This document shows, one piece after another, positions 18,937-28,592 of a stretch of 64,000 nucleotides of DNA. How positions within the stretch are numbered: position 1 is the stretch's first letter; each line of letters starts with the position of its first letter. Below the pieces are notes generated by a model. That model saw only the letters and a list, made by a program, of their open reading frames with translations, was not told the DNA's origin and made no database searches. Origin of the DNA: Candidatus Eiseniibacteriota bacterium (GTDB lineage Bacteria; Eisenbacteria; RBG-16-71-46). Where the stretch lies: positions 64,001 to 128,000 of the forward strand of contig CAVUWA010000001.1 of the NCBI GenBank assembly GCA_963744995.1, given 5' to 3'. The position numbers were made by a program, and so were the translations under genes.

Positions 18937-20307
18937 ATGACCGTGCGCTCGGTGTTCCAGCGCTTCACCACGCCTCTGAAGCGCGCCGGCTTCGGCGAAC
19001 GGTGGGTGCGCCGCAACCCGCTCTACCACCGGCCCGCGGCCCGGCTGCTGCAACGCCTGGACGGAGCGTCTCTCGACGAGCGACGTGCATGGACGGTGCG
19101 GCGGCTGCGCCGCGCGCTTGCGGCCGCGGGCCGGACGGCCTACGGGCGCCGGCTGGGCGCACCCGACGACATCGGCGCGTGGCCGCTGCTCACCCCGGCG
19201 GCCGTGCGCGAGGCGCCGTCCGACTTCATGGCCTTCACCATGTGGTCGATCCCCTCGAGCACCGGCGGAACGACCGGGGTCCCGCTGCCGCTCTCGCGCT
19301 CGCCGCGCTCGGTCGCCTACGAGCAGGCGGCGCTCGATCATGCGTTGAGCGCGATGGGCATCGACCCACAGCATGCCAGAGTCGCCGTACTGCGCGGCGA
19401 CGATATCAAGTCCCCGGACGACCGGCAGCCGCCTTACTGGAAGAGCGCGATCGCCGGGCGCCGTCTGATCTTCTCCTCCAACCATCTGAACCGTGAGACG
19501 CTGCAGGACTTCGTCGAGGCCCTGCGGGCGTTCCGCGCCGACTACTGGTGGGTCTATCCGACGACGCTCGGTTCGCTCTGCCGACTCGTCCAGGACACTG
19601 ATGCTTCATTGCGGGTCCCGCTCATCGTCTCGTCTTCGGAGATGCTGGACGACTGGACGCGTTCGACCTCGGCATCGCTGTTCGAGGCCCGAACGCTCGA
19701 CTACTACGGCCAGGCCGAGCGCGTTGCGTTCGCCTGGAGCGAAGCCCCCGGCGCCTATCGCTTCCTGCCCGGCTATTCACACGTCGAACTGATCCCGGCC
19801 GACGAGGACGACGGCACGCCGCGCTACGAGGTCGTGGGCACGACGCTCTGGAACGAGGCGATGCCGCTGGTCCGCTACCGCACGGGGGACCTGATCCGCG
19901 CCCCGCGGCCGTGGAGCGAGGCGGAGCGCGAAGCGATCGCACTGGGCGTGGAGCCGTTCGAGCGGGTGCTCGGCCGCGACCACGAGTTCCTGATCGCCCC
20001 CGACGGGACGCATCTCACCGGCATGGATCACCTGCATCGGGGCGTCCCGAACGTCGTGCGCATCCAGATCGTCCACGAGAGACCGGATCGGGTGGAGATT
20101 CACGTGCTGCCCGCGCGCGGCTACGGGGAAGACGAACGGGAACAACTGCTGTCGAACACGCGCCTCAAGATTCCCGCTTCGATGGACGTCGCGATCCGCG
20201 AGGTGGAAGCCCTCGAACGAACCCCGCTCGGCAAGACACCCTTCATCGTGCGCCGGGCGGGGGTGCCGGGCCCGGGAAGAAGCCCCTCCGAAAACGGAGC
20301 CGGGTAG
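18937..20307 (+). CDS. Phenylacetate-CoA ligase-like / CapK family adenylate-forming enzyme
   Basis: STGGTTGVPL P-loop, SSEML, DYYGQAE, AMPLVRYRTGD, VLGR, LERTPLGKTPFI. ATG 18937. Confidence 0.82.
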   Translation: MTVRSVFQRFTTPLKRAGFGERWVRRNPLYHRPAARLLQRLDGASLDERRAWTVRRLRRALAAAGRTAYGRRLGAPDDIGAWPLLTPAAVREAPSDFMAFTMWSIPSSTGGTTGVPLPLSRSPRSVAYEQAALDHALSAMGIDPQHARVAVLRGDDIKSPDDRQPPYWKSAIAGRRLIFSSNHLNRETLQDFVEALRAFRADYWWVYPTTLGSLCRLVQDTDASLRVPLIVSSSEMLDDWTRSTSASLFEARTLDYYGQAERVAFAWSEAPGAYRFLPGYSHVELIPADEDDGTPRYEVVGTTLWNEAMPLVRYRTGDLIRAPRPWSEAEREAIALGVEPFERVLGRDHEFLIAPDGTHLTGMDHLHRGVPNVVRIQIVHERPDRVEIHVLPARGYGEDEREQLLSNTRLKIPASMDVAIREVEALERTPLGKTPFIVRRAGVPGPGRSPSENGAG

Positions 20308-20434
20308 GGACTGTCGTTCAACCGGGCTTCGTGAGAATGCCGGAAAACGTTCTGAAAGCAGAGTTTGACTAGGTCGAACCGGGCGTGAGAGCATTCTCGA
20401 TGCCCCTTGTCCATCCTGGAGGCCTCACCCCCCC

Positions 20435-21475
20435 ATGCACCCCTATCTACAGTCGTACCAAGGGAAAACGGTCCTGGTCACCGGCGGCGCCGGGGCGATC
20501 GGCTCGAACCTGGTGTCCGCCCTCGCCGGCTCAGACGCCCGCGTGATCGTCCTCGACGATCTCTCGTCGTCGGCCCGCTGGAACGTCCCGAACGTGCCGA
20601 ACCTCATGTTCGTCGAGGGGGACATCACCGACGAGGTGAAGCTCAAGCGCGTCTTCTTCGAGCGCCCGCACGTCGTGTTCCACCTGGCGGCGTTTTTCGC
20701 GAACCAGAACTCCGTGGATCACCCGGAGCGGGACCTGATCGTCAACGGCATGGGAACCCTGCGGCTGATGGAGTACTCGGTTTTCACGAAGGTCGAGCGC
20801 TTCGTCTACGCGTCCTCCGGCTGCTCCATCTACGGCAGCCAGGCGCCGCTGCCGCTCCGCGAAGACTTCATGTCCATGCACCTCACCACGCCCTATCAGA
20901 TCACCAAGATGCTGGGCGAGCTGTACGGCAACTTCTTCCACCACCACTACGAACTGCCGGTGGTGAAGACCCGCTTCTTCAATTCCTACGGGCCGGGCGA
21001 GGTGCCGGGGCAGTATCGCAACGTGATCCCCAACTTCGTGTACTGGGCGATGAAGGGCCTGCCGCTGCCGATCACCGGCGACGGCAACGCGACCCGTGAC
21101 TTCACCTTCGTGGGCGACATCACCGACGGCCTGCTGCGCGCCGGACACTTCGAAGCCGCGATCGGCGAGGAGTTCAACCTGGCCTCGGAACGCGAAACGA
21201 AGATCATCGACCTCGCCCACATGATCAACGACGCGGTGGGCAACACGGCGGGTGTGCGGATGACGGAGCGCCGCCGCTGGGACACCAAGAGCCGCCTGCT
21301 CGCGTCCGTCGACAAAGCCCGCAAGCTGATCGGCTACGAGCCACGCACGGATTTCAAGGAAGGCCTCGGAGCGACCATCGCCTGGTTCCGCGAGAACTGG
21401 GATCGCATCGATGCGTCGGCCCACTTCGCCCCCGGCGTCTCCTCCGCCGTGCGCGACATGACCGTCAAGGCCTGA
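20435..21475 (+). CDS. NAD-dependent epimerase/dehydratase (extended SDR)
   Basis: VLVTGGAGAIGS, FHLAA, ASSGCSIYG, YQITK, RFFNSYGPG, TRDFTFV. Confidence 0.92.
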   Translation: MHPYLQSYQGKTVLVTGGAGAIGSNLVSALAGSDARVIVLDDLSSSARWNVPNVPNLMFVEGDITDEVKLKRVFFERPHVVFHLAAFFANQNSVDHPERDLIVNGMGTLRLMEYSVFTKVERFVYASSGCSIYGSQAPLPLREDFMSMHLTTPYQITKMLGELYGNFFHHHYELPVVKTRFFNSYGPGEVPGQYRNVIPNFVYWAMKGLPLPITGDGNATRDFTFVGDITDGLLRAGHFEAAIGEEFNLASERETKIIDLAHMINDAVGNTAGVRMTERRRWDTKSRLLASVDKARKLIGYEPRTDFKEGLGATIAWFRENWDRIDASAHFAPGVSSAVRDMTVKA

Positions 21476-21527
21476 TCGGCCGCGGCAGAGCCGGATCCCG
21501 CCGCCGCAGGGCCCGACACAGGACGCC

Positions 21528-23075
21528 ATGGCCACCGCCGACACCGATCCACAGCGTCCCGACCCCGCTGCCGCCGCGGAGGGCTCGGCGCCGTTCGAGA
21601 GCCCGCGCGAAGCACACATCGAGCTGTGGCGCGACATCTTCAAGTACTTCCCGGGCGTCATCCTTCCGCGGCTCGCAGGCTTCATCTCGGTCCCGATCGT
21701 CACGCATCTGTTTCCACCCGAGACCTACGGCACCTACGCGCTGGTTCTCGCCAACATCACGGCGTTGAGCTCCGCGGCGCTGAGCGGCATCGGCGCCTCC
21801 CTGCTTCGCTTCCTGCCGGCGTACGAGAAGGATCGAAAGACCGAAGACCAGCTGCTCAAGACCGTCTTCACCCTCGCCACCCTGGTTTCGGTCGTGGTCG
21901 TCCTGCTCGGCCTCACGCTGCTGGCGATGACCGGGCGCTTCGAGTATCGGTTCGGCAGGCTGATGGGGTACGGCCTGCTGCTGTTCGTGGCCGTCGGCCT
22001 CCTCAACCTGCTCTCCATCGTCCTGCGCAGCCAGCGTCGGGCGGGCTTCTACTCGGCCCTGCAGCTGCTGGGCGGCTACGGTGGCCTGGCGATCGGCCTG
22101 GGGCTGATATTCTGGCTCGGGTTCGGGATTCAGGGCCTCATCATCGGCAACGCCGTGGCTGCGCTGATCGGCGTAGCGCTCGCCTGGCGCGTGGCCATGC
22201 GCGGACGTCACCTCATCCAGGCGGCTTTCTCGCGCGTGATCATGCGCGAGATCGTCCACTTCTCGATCTTCATCTCGCTCGGCAACGCCGCGTACTGGCT
22301 GCTGAGCCTGTCCGACCGCTGGTTGTTGCGGATCATGCGCGGCGCCGGCGACGTCGGCCTGTACTCCGTGAGCTACGACCTGACCAGCAAGACGACGATG
22401 CTGTTCGTGGCCGCGTTCGGGCTCGCGCTGCAGCCGCTGTCGATTTCGTCCTGGGAGTCTCACGGCCGCAAGTCGACGGAGCACTTTCTGGCCTCCTCGA
22501 CCCGGTCCTATCTGCTGATCATGATGCCTGCCACGGTCGGACTCGGGCTCCTCGCGAAGGCACTGGTCGGGCTGCTCGCCGCTGCACAGTACCAGCGCGG
22601 CGCCATCGTCGTGCCGTGGGTTGCTGCGGCGATGCTGCTGTACGGACTGCTCGACATCGCCGGCCGCGGGCTCACGCTCAACAAGCGCCCGGATCTCGAG
22701 GCGCGCAACTTCGCAATCGCCGGTGTTTCCACCGTCCTCGTCAATCTGTTCATGATCCCGCGCTACGGAATTCTCGGCGCGGCGATCGTGACCACGATGG
22801 GCTACCTGGTGCTCCTGCTGCTGCATGCCGCGACGGTTCGCCGCCACGTCACGTGGCACTTCCCGTGGGGCACCCTGGTCCGCTGCACCTTCGCCTGCAC
22901 GGCCATGGCGGCTGTGGTGGTGCTGATCCAGCGCTGGCTCCACGACGCGCCGCGGGGCGTCGATGTGTTCGCCGCCGTCATGGGCGGAGCGCTGACGTAC
23001 GGAATCGCGGTCGTGCTGTTGGGCGAGCTGTCGCCAGCCCGCCTTTTGGGCCATCTCCGCTCGCCGAAGGGCTGA
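21528..23075 (+). CDS. wzx: Oligosaccharide flippase (Wzx)
   Basis: VPIVTHLFPPETYG, LSDRWLL, VGLYSVSY, IPRYGILGAAI; about 14 TM helices. Confidence 0.88.
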   Translation: MATADTDPQRPDPAAAAEGSAPFESPREAHIELWRDIFKYFPGVILPRLAGFISVPIVTHLFPPETYGTYALVLANITALSSAALSGIGASLLRFLPAYEKDRKTEDQLLKTVFTLATLVSVVVVLLGLTLLAMTGRFEYRFGRLMGYGLLLFVAVGLLNLLSIVLRSQRRAGFYSALQLLGGYGGLAIGLGLIFWLGFGIQGLIIGNAVAALIGVALAWRVAMRGRHLIQAAFSRVIMREIVHFSIFISLGNAAYWLLSLSDRWLLRIMRGAGDVGLYSVSYDLTSKTTMLFVAAFGLALQPLSISSWESHGRKSTEHFLASSTRSYLLIMMPATVGLGLLAKALVGLLAAAQYQRGAIVVPWVAAAMLLYGLLDIAGRGLTLNKRPDLEARNFAIAGVSTVLVNLFMIPRYGILGAAIVTTMGYLVLLLLHAATVRRHVTWHFPWGTLVRCTFACTAMAAVVVLIQRWLHDAPRGVDVFAAVMGGALTYGIAVVLLGELSPARLLGHLRSPKG

Positions 23076-23091
23076 TTCGGGCTACCGCGCG

Positions 23092-23121
23092 TTGACAGTC
23101 TCGCACCGGGCCGGATAGCAT
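23092..23121 (+). promoter_or_regulatory. Putative internal sigma70 promoter
   Basis: TTGACA-N18-TAGCAT between wzx and the next GT. Confidence 0.5.
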
Positions 23122-23178
23122 TTTCGCCGCTTGTTCTACTCGTCCCACCCTGAGCGTTCTCCAGCCAAGGAGCCTGCG

Positions 23179-24615
23179 GTGGCTTTACCTGAAGCGCGCT
23201 CGCGCGCCCCGGGCGCAGGCCGGGCCTCCCTCGCCGAAACATCCGGGTCCGCCCCCGGCCAAACCGCCGGCAACGGCGGACCTCCACCCCGCATGCTGCT
23301 GGTCGCACGCGGGTTCCCTCCGGCATCCGACCCTACCGCGTACCGCTGGCTGCGTTTTGCCTCGGGCCTCATGCAGCGCGGCTGGCACGTCGAGGTGCTC
23401 ACCTCCGAGCCGGTGCCACGGCCCCAGTTCTACGAACCCGAACTGATGCGCAGGATTCCCACCCACATGACGGTGCACCGGGCCCATGCCGGCTTCTACG
23501 AGCCACGGGTGCAGCGCGCCCGGCTGGAGCGGGTGACGGCCGGCGTTCCCAACGACGTCCGCGAGAACAGGGCTGCCGGCGTCGGGATCCGCCCGTTCGG
23601 CGCGCTTCGTGCGGCGCTGCGCGATTTCGACCAGAACATCACGATGCTGAAGATCCCCGACCCCTCCTTCGAGTGGATCCTGCCCGGCATCCTGCTCGGC
23701 CTGCGTGTCCTGGCAGGCCGTCGCTTCGACCTGATCGTCTCTTCCGGCGCCCCGTTCTCGTCGCACATCGTGGCACACGGCCTCGCGCGCTGGTCGCGGG
23801 CACCGTGGGTAGCGGACTTCAGCGATCCCTACGCCGGCAACCCGTTCTGGCAGCGGCCGGAATGGCGCAAACGAATCGATCGCGCCCTCGAGAGACAATG
23901 GTTCGCCGACCTCGCCGGGGCGATCGTTCCGGTGCCCGAGATGAAGCTGCTGTTTGTCGAGGACCATCCCGAGCTGCCCGAGGATGCGATCCACGTCGTG
24001 CCCTATGGCTACGACGAGACGCTCTACGCGCGGGCGCAACCCGCCGTATTCAATGACTTCACGCTGGTTCACACCGGTACGTTTTACCCGCGGATGCGCG
24101 ATCCCGGGCCGTTCCTGCACGGGCTCTCGCTGGTTCGCGAACTGCCGATCCGAGTGCTGCATGCGGGTCCGATGCAGTCGGAATACGCGGCCATGCTGGA
24201 GCGGCTGGACATCGCCGATCGCGTCAAGGTGCTCGGGATGCTGTCGCGCGACCGACTGGCCCCGCTCCAGCTCGGGGCGAGTGCGCTGTTGCTGATCGGC
24301 AACCGAGGCGGGCTGCAGCTCCCCGGCAAACTGCTGGACTACCTCGGGGCGCGACGGCCGATCTTAGCCCTGCGCAACGACGCGCACGACATCGCGGCGA
24401 ACCTGGTCGTCTCGCGCCACGCGGGCCTGGTAGTGGCCAACGAGGCGGAGGCGATTGCCGGCGGCCTCCGGCAACTGTACGAGGACTGGCGGAGCCGCAC
24501 GCTCGACACGCGCTATGCGCTGGACGGTGCGGAGGACTTCTCGTGGCGTCTTATCGAGGACGATCTGGACCGCAGGCTGCGTGGTTTCGTCTCTCCGATC
24601 GGCGGAGAACCTTGA
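23179..24615 (+). CDS. Glycosyltransferase family 4 protein
   Basis: FPPASD...RW, IPDPSFEWI, SSGAPFSSH, WVADFSDPY, PYGYD, HTGTFY, PGKLLDYLGARRPIL. AAGGAG precedes GTG 23179. Confidence 0.85.
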   Translation: MALPEARSRAPGAGRASLAETSGSAPGQTAGNGGPPPRMLLVARGFPPASDPTAYRWLRFASGLMQRGWHVEVLTSEPVPRPQFYEPELMRRIPTHMTVHRAHAGFYEPRVQRARLERVTAGVPNDVRENRAAGVGIRPFGALRAALRDFDQNITMLKIPDPSFEWILPGILLGLRVLAGRRFDLIVSSGAPFSSHIVAHGLARWSRAPWVADFSDPYAGNPFWQRPEWRKRIDRALERQWFADLAGAIVPVPEMKLLFVEDHPELPEDAIHVVPYGYDETLYARAQPAVFNDFTLVHTGTFYPRMRDPGPFLHGLSLVRELPIRVLHAGPMQSEYAAMLERLDIADRVKVLGMLSRDRLAPLQLGASALLLIGNRGGLQLPGKLLDYLGARRPILALRNDAHDIAANLVVSRHAGLVVANEAEAIAGGLRQLYEDWRSRTLDTRYALDGAEDFSWRLIEDDLDRRLRGFVSPIGGEP

Positions 24616-24642
24616 TCGCCCGCGGCCTGACGGAGCGAACGA

Positions 24643-25797
24643 ATGGCTGCTGAGCCGCGCACGGAGGCTGCGCCGCTGCGGATCTTCTTCGGCACGATCA
24701 GCCCCGGCATGCCGGGCGGCATCCACGTCACCGAGGAGGCGTTCGAAGAGGGCTGCGCGGCGAGCGGCGCCGTGCTGCCCGTGCGGATCCCGTTCGGCCG
24801 GCGGCGTGTCGATGAGTCACGCCTCGAGCGCTTCGCAACTCGGTTCGCGGACTGGATCGCGTACGCATGGCGCGTCGCGCGCGAGCGCCCGGACGTCGTC
24901 CACCTGAATACGGCCTATGACCGGCGGGCGCTCGCCCGGGATGTCGGCTACGCGCTGATCTCCTCGTGGGTGAAGCAGCCCCTGTTCCTCAAGTTCCACG
25001 GTTCGGATCACACGCTGCTGGAGTCCCCGTCGTGGATCAATCGGACCCTGACGCGGGCCATCGTCAGCCGCGCCGCGGCGATCGGCGTCTTGAGCTCCGA
25101 GGAGAAACACAACTTCGTCGCGGCGGGGTATCCGGAAGACCGCTTCGTCGTCGTCAAGAACGTGGTGGACTGGCGGCGGCTCTCGGAAGGGGGCTGGCCC
25201 CGGGAGGATCCGGGCCGGCTGCTGTTCATCGCGCGAATGGTCCCGGGAAAGGGCCTCGAAGACGTGATCCGCGCCGTCCGCCTCCTGATCGATGCAGGCC
25301 GAAAGGTCACGCTCACCTGCGTCGGTGACGGCCCGGCCAGGGCGAGCGCAGAGGCGTTGACGAAGGAACTGGAGCTCGATTCGGCCGTCCGATTCACGGG
25401 GAGGATTCCGGAGTCCGAGACGGCGGAGTACTATCTCCGTTTCGGCATGCTCGTCTTCCCCACGCATCGCGAAGGTTTCTCCATGACCATCTTCCAGTCG
25501 CTGGCGGCTGGCCTTCCCATCCTCACAACGCGTTGTCGTGCAGCAGCCGACTACCTGCGTGAACCGGACCACTGCTTGTGGGTCCGTCCCGGCGATCCGC
25601 AGAACGTGGCCGACAAGGTCGGTTGGCTGCTCGATCATCCGGAGGCCGCCAAGCGGATGTCCGCCGAGTCGCGGCGCCTTGCCCGCTCGTTCGACGCTAA
25701 AGTGGTAGCCGATGAGTACGCTAATGTGTACAGGCGGATCGGAAGAGGCGCAATGATGGCGCGACCGGATCGTCGCCACACCGAAAGTGCACCATGA
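24643..25797 (+). CDS. Glycosyltransferase family 4 protein
   Basis: PDVVHLNT, KFHG, LFIARMVPGKG, VGDGP, VFPTHREGFSMTIFQSLAAGLPI. Confidence 0.88.
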   Translation: MAAEPRTEAAPLRIFFGTISPGMPGGIHVTEEAFEEGCAASGAVLPVRIPFGRRRVDESRLERFATRFADWIAYAWRVARERPDVVHLNTAYDRRALARDVGYALISSWVKQPLFLKFHGSDHTLLESPSWINRTLTRAIVSRAAAIGVLSSEEKHNFVAAGYPEDRFVVVKNVVDWRRLSEGGWPREDPGRLLFIARMVPGKGLEDVIRAVRLLIDAGRKVTLTCVGDGPARASAEALTKELELDSAVRFTGRIPESETAEYYLRFGMLVFPTHREGFSMTIFQSLAAGLPILTTRCRAAADYLREPDHCLWVRPGDPQNVADKVGWLLDHPEAAKRMSAESRRLARSFDAKVVADEYANVYRRIGRGAMMARPDRRHTESAP

Positions 25798-27278
25798 CCT
25801 CAATGCCCGTGGGCATCTGGCAGCAAAGCGAGGCCCGCTATCCCGTGCGGCCACCCTATGCACCGCCCGCACGTTTCCCCGAGCTGCGCTACGAAGGTGA
25901 TCTTGACCCCGACAATGGTGTCTACGCGTCCGTTCGCGAGCTGTTTCGTTTGATGGGGTTCGATGCGGCCGGATACGGAACACCGAATTGGAATCCGCTG
26001 GGCTGGCTGGTGAAGCCCGGCGAGACGGTTTTCCTCAAGCCCAACATGATCTCCCACCGCCACCGACTGCGGAATGAGTGGGAGTATGTGATCACCCATG
26101 GCTCGGTCATCCGCGCGGTGGCCGACTACGTCGTGATCGCGCTCGGCCGCGAGGGGCGCTTGATCATTGGCGACGCACCGCAGACTGATTCGCTGTGGGA
26201 GGGCATCGTCGAACACATGGGGCTCGTGGAACTGAAGACCCACTATGAGGCCCTCGGTGTGCCAATGGAGCTGCTGGATCTGCGCGACGAGCACCACGTG
26301 GACAAAGATGGCATCTACGTGGCGACCCGGCGACTGCCGGGCGACCCGCGCGGTGGTGTCGCGGTGGACCTCGCGAGGGACAGCATGTTCACGGAGCTCG
26401 ATGGCCGTGGAAAGCGTTACTACGGCGCCTATTACGACGAGAACGAGACCAATGAACATCAGAGGGATGGCAGGCACGAATACTACGTTTCGCGCTCGCC
26501 GCTGATGGCCGACGTATTCCTCAACCTGCCCAAACTGAAGACCCACAAGAAGTGCGGGCTCACCGTCAACCTCAAGAGTCTGGTGGGAATCAACGCCAAC
26601 AAGAACTGGTTGCCGCACTACGTGTTCGGCGCGCCGGCGAACGGCGGCGACCAGTTCGACGCGCTCACGCTGAAAACGCGCCTCGAGAATGCGATCGTGC
26701 GACCGGCAAAGCAGCTGCTGTTGCGCGGAATCGGACCGTTCCAGATGCTGGCGCGCCGCACCAAGCGGATCGGCTACGGCGTGTTCGGCGACACCGAAGA
26801 CGTGGTGCGTTCCGGCAACTGGCACGGCAACGACACCGTCTGGCGCATGTCGCTCGACCTGAACCGCATCCTCATGTATGCGAACGAAGACGGCACGATG
26901 CGCGAGGGCAGCGCGGTCAAACGCTATTTCTCGGTCGTGGACGGCATCGTGGGCATGGAAGGCAACGGCCCGGTGGCAGGGACACCGCGCGAAGCCGGAT
27001 TGCTCATCGGCGGCGCGAACCCGGTTGCGGTGGACGTGGTCTGCGCGCGCCTCATGGGTCTCGATCCTGACCGCCTCCCGATCATTCGCCGCGCCTGGGG
27101 GTCGCACCGTTATCCTCTTGCCACCGGCAGCGAAGCCGACGTCGCGCCGCTGAGCAACGTGACCGTCTGGAACCGGCCGCTGGCGTCGTGGCGGAGTAAC
27201 GAGTCGTTGCGATTCCGGCCGCACTTCGGCTGGGTGAGCCACGTGGAGTGGGAGCCGGAGAGCGCGCCGCGCGCCTGA
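25794..27278 (+). CDS. DUF362 domain-containing protein
   Basis: VFLKPN, ITHGSVIRAV, IGDAP, ADVFLNLPKLKTH..GLTVNLKSLVG, VDGIVGMEGNGP, NPVAVDVVCARLMG. ATGA overlap with the upstream GT. Confidence 0.8.
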   Translation: MTSMPVGIWQQSEARYPVRPPYAPPARFPELRYEGDLDPDNGVYASVRELFRLMGFDAAGYGTPNWNPLGWLVKPGETVFLKPNMISHRHRLRNEWEYVITHGSVIRAVADYVVIALGREGRLIIGDAPQTDSLWEGIVEHMGLVELKTHYEALGVPMELLDLRDEHHVDKDGIYVATRRLPGDPRGGVAVDLARDSMFTELDGRGKRYYGAYYDENETNEHQRDGRHEYYVSRSPLMADVFLNLPKLKTHKKCGLTVNLKSLVGINANKNWLPHYVFGAPANGGDQFDALTLKTRLENAIVRPAKQLLLRGIGPFQMLARRTKRIGYGVFGDTEDVVRSGNWHGNDTVWRMSLDLNRILMYANEDGTMREGSAVKRYFSVVDGIVGMEGNGPVAGTPREAGLLIGGANPVAVDVVCARLMGLDPDRLPIIRRAWGSHRYPLATGSEADVAPLSNVTVWNRPLASWRSNESLRFRPHFGWVSHVEWEPESAPRA

Positions 27279-27649
27279 TCCCGGCCGCGGACCCGTCCTT
27301 CGGCGAGGCGCCTCGCGCCCGGGGGTCAGACCCGTGCGCCGCCCAGGCGAGCCGACACTCGAAAGCCTCGTGCGAATCGGAAGGTCGGAATTCGCCGCAG
27401 GACTTCGTTGGCAATGCGAACCCAGCCTCCGCGCGTTCCGCCATCCACGCCGGCCGGGAGGCGGGCGATGGATTCACGCAGGGCGTTGATGAATTGCGTG
27501 AAAATGGGCTGCCTTGAGGGAGTCATGAGTGGCGTATGCCGCGTGGGCATCGGCGGTCCGCAATGGTACACTGGCCGCGTCGGGGCGGACCACGCGCGGC
27601 CTCCGCAGCCTCGTGTCACCGTCGCGACTGCGCGAGCGGGCCGCCGCTC

Positions 27650-28549
27650 TCACCTCGCCTCTGCCACCATGTCGGAAAGGGATTGTTCGAGTGGAATCCT
27701 CGGAGCCCAGCCGGTCAGCGCTCGAAGTGCGCTCGAATCACCCACCTGTTCGAGCACTTCAACCCGGCGTCTGGCGGGATCTTCCACGGGGCTGGCCTGT
27801 ATGCCGCATGCGCGCACGACGCCGTTGAAGATCGCACGAATCGCCACGGGCCGACTCGTGGCGACGTTGTAGGCGAGACCCCACCCGTCCTCGCCCGCGC
27901 CGAGCCTCCGATATGCCTCCGCCGCATCCCGCACGTCGACGAAGTCGCGTCGCGGCTCCAGTGCGCCCACCTGGATCGTTCCCTTCCCGGCGGCGCGCAA
28001 CGCCAGCGCACGCGCCATGAAATCGGAAGGCGCAAACCCGGGACCCAGTCCGGGACCGACCAGATTGAAGGGACGCGCGACCTTGATGCGAAGCCGCCCA
28101 CGCAGGTGAAGCGCCATCGCCGCGAGTTCCGCGGCCGCCTTGCTTATTCCGTACGCGGTGACCGGGCGCAGGGGCGTCGTCTCGAGGACCGGACTTTCGT
28201 CCGGGCGCGTGAGCCCATAAACCGCGGCGCTCGAGATGAGGACGATGCGACACCCAGGCGTTCGCTCGGCGCATGCATCCAGCAGGTGGCGGGTCCCACC
28301 GAAGTTGACCGCAAAGCATCTCTCCTCGTCGGTCCCGAGGACGCCAGCCAGATGATAAACCAGGTCGGGCCTGGCCTCCGCGACCAGGGATCGCACGGCG
28401 TCGCGGTCAGTGAGGTCCACGGGGGCGAGCGCCGCATCGATGCCGGGGCGGTCGGTGGCGATGAGCGTCGAGCCCGGCTCCGCGGCGAGCAACGGCAGCA
28501 AGTGCCGCGCCGTGAACGACGCGGCTCCCGTGACCAGCACGCGGCTCAC
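27650..28549 (-). CDS. Extended SDR, GDP-4-keto-6-deoxy-mannose reductase (Rmd)-like
   Basis: RVLVTGAASFTA, RPDLVYHLAG, SSAAVYG, YGISK, RPFNLVGPG, RRDFVDVRDAAEAY, GDSSALRALTGW. GTG 28549. Confidence 0.75.
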   Translation of the reverse strand: MSRVLVTGAASFTARHLLPLLAAEPGSTLIATDRPGIDAALAPVDLTDRDAVRSLVAEARPDLVYHLAGVLGTDEERCFAVNFGGTRHLLDACAERTPGCRIVLISSAAVYGLTRPDESPVLETTPLRPVTAYGISKAAAELAAMALHLRGRLRIKVARPFNLVGPGLGPGFAPSDFMARALALRAAGKGTIQVGALEPRRDFVDVRDAAEAYRRLGAGEDGWGLAYNVATSRPVAIRAIFNGVVRACGIQASPVEDPARRRVEVLEQVGDSSALRALTGWAPRIPLEQSLSDMVAEAR

Positions 28550-28592
28550 GGTCGAGCGCCCGTGCAGCGGCCGCGGCCGGCGCGCCGGGCCA

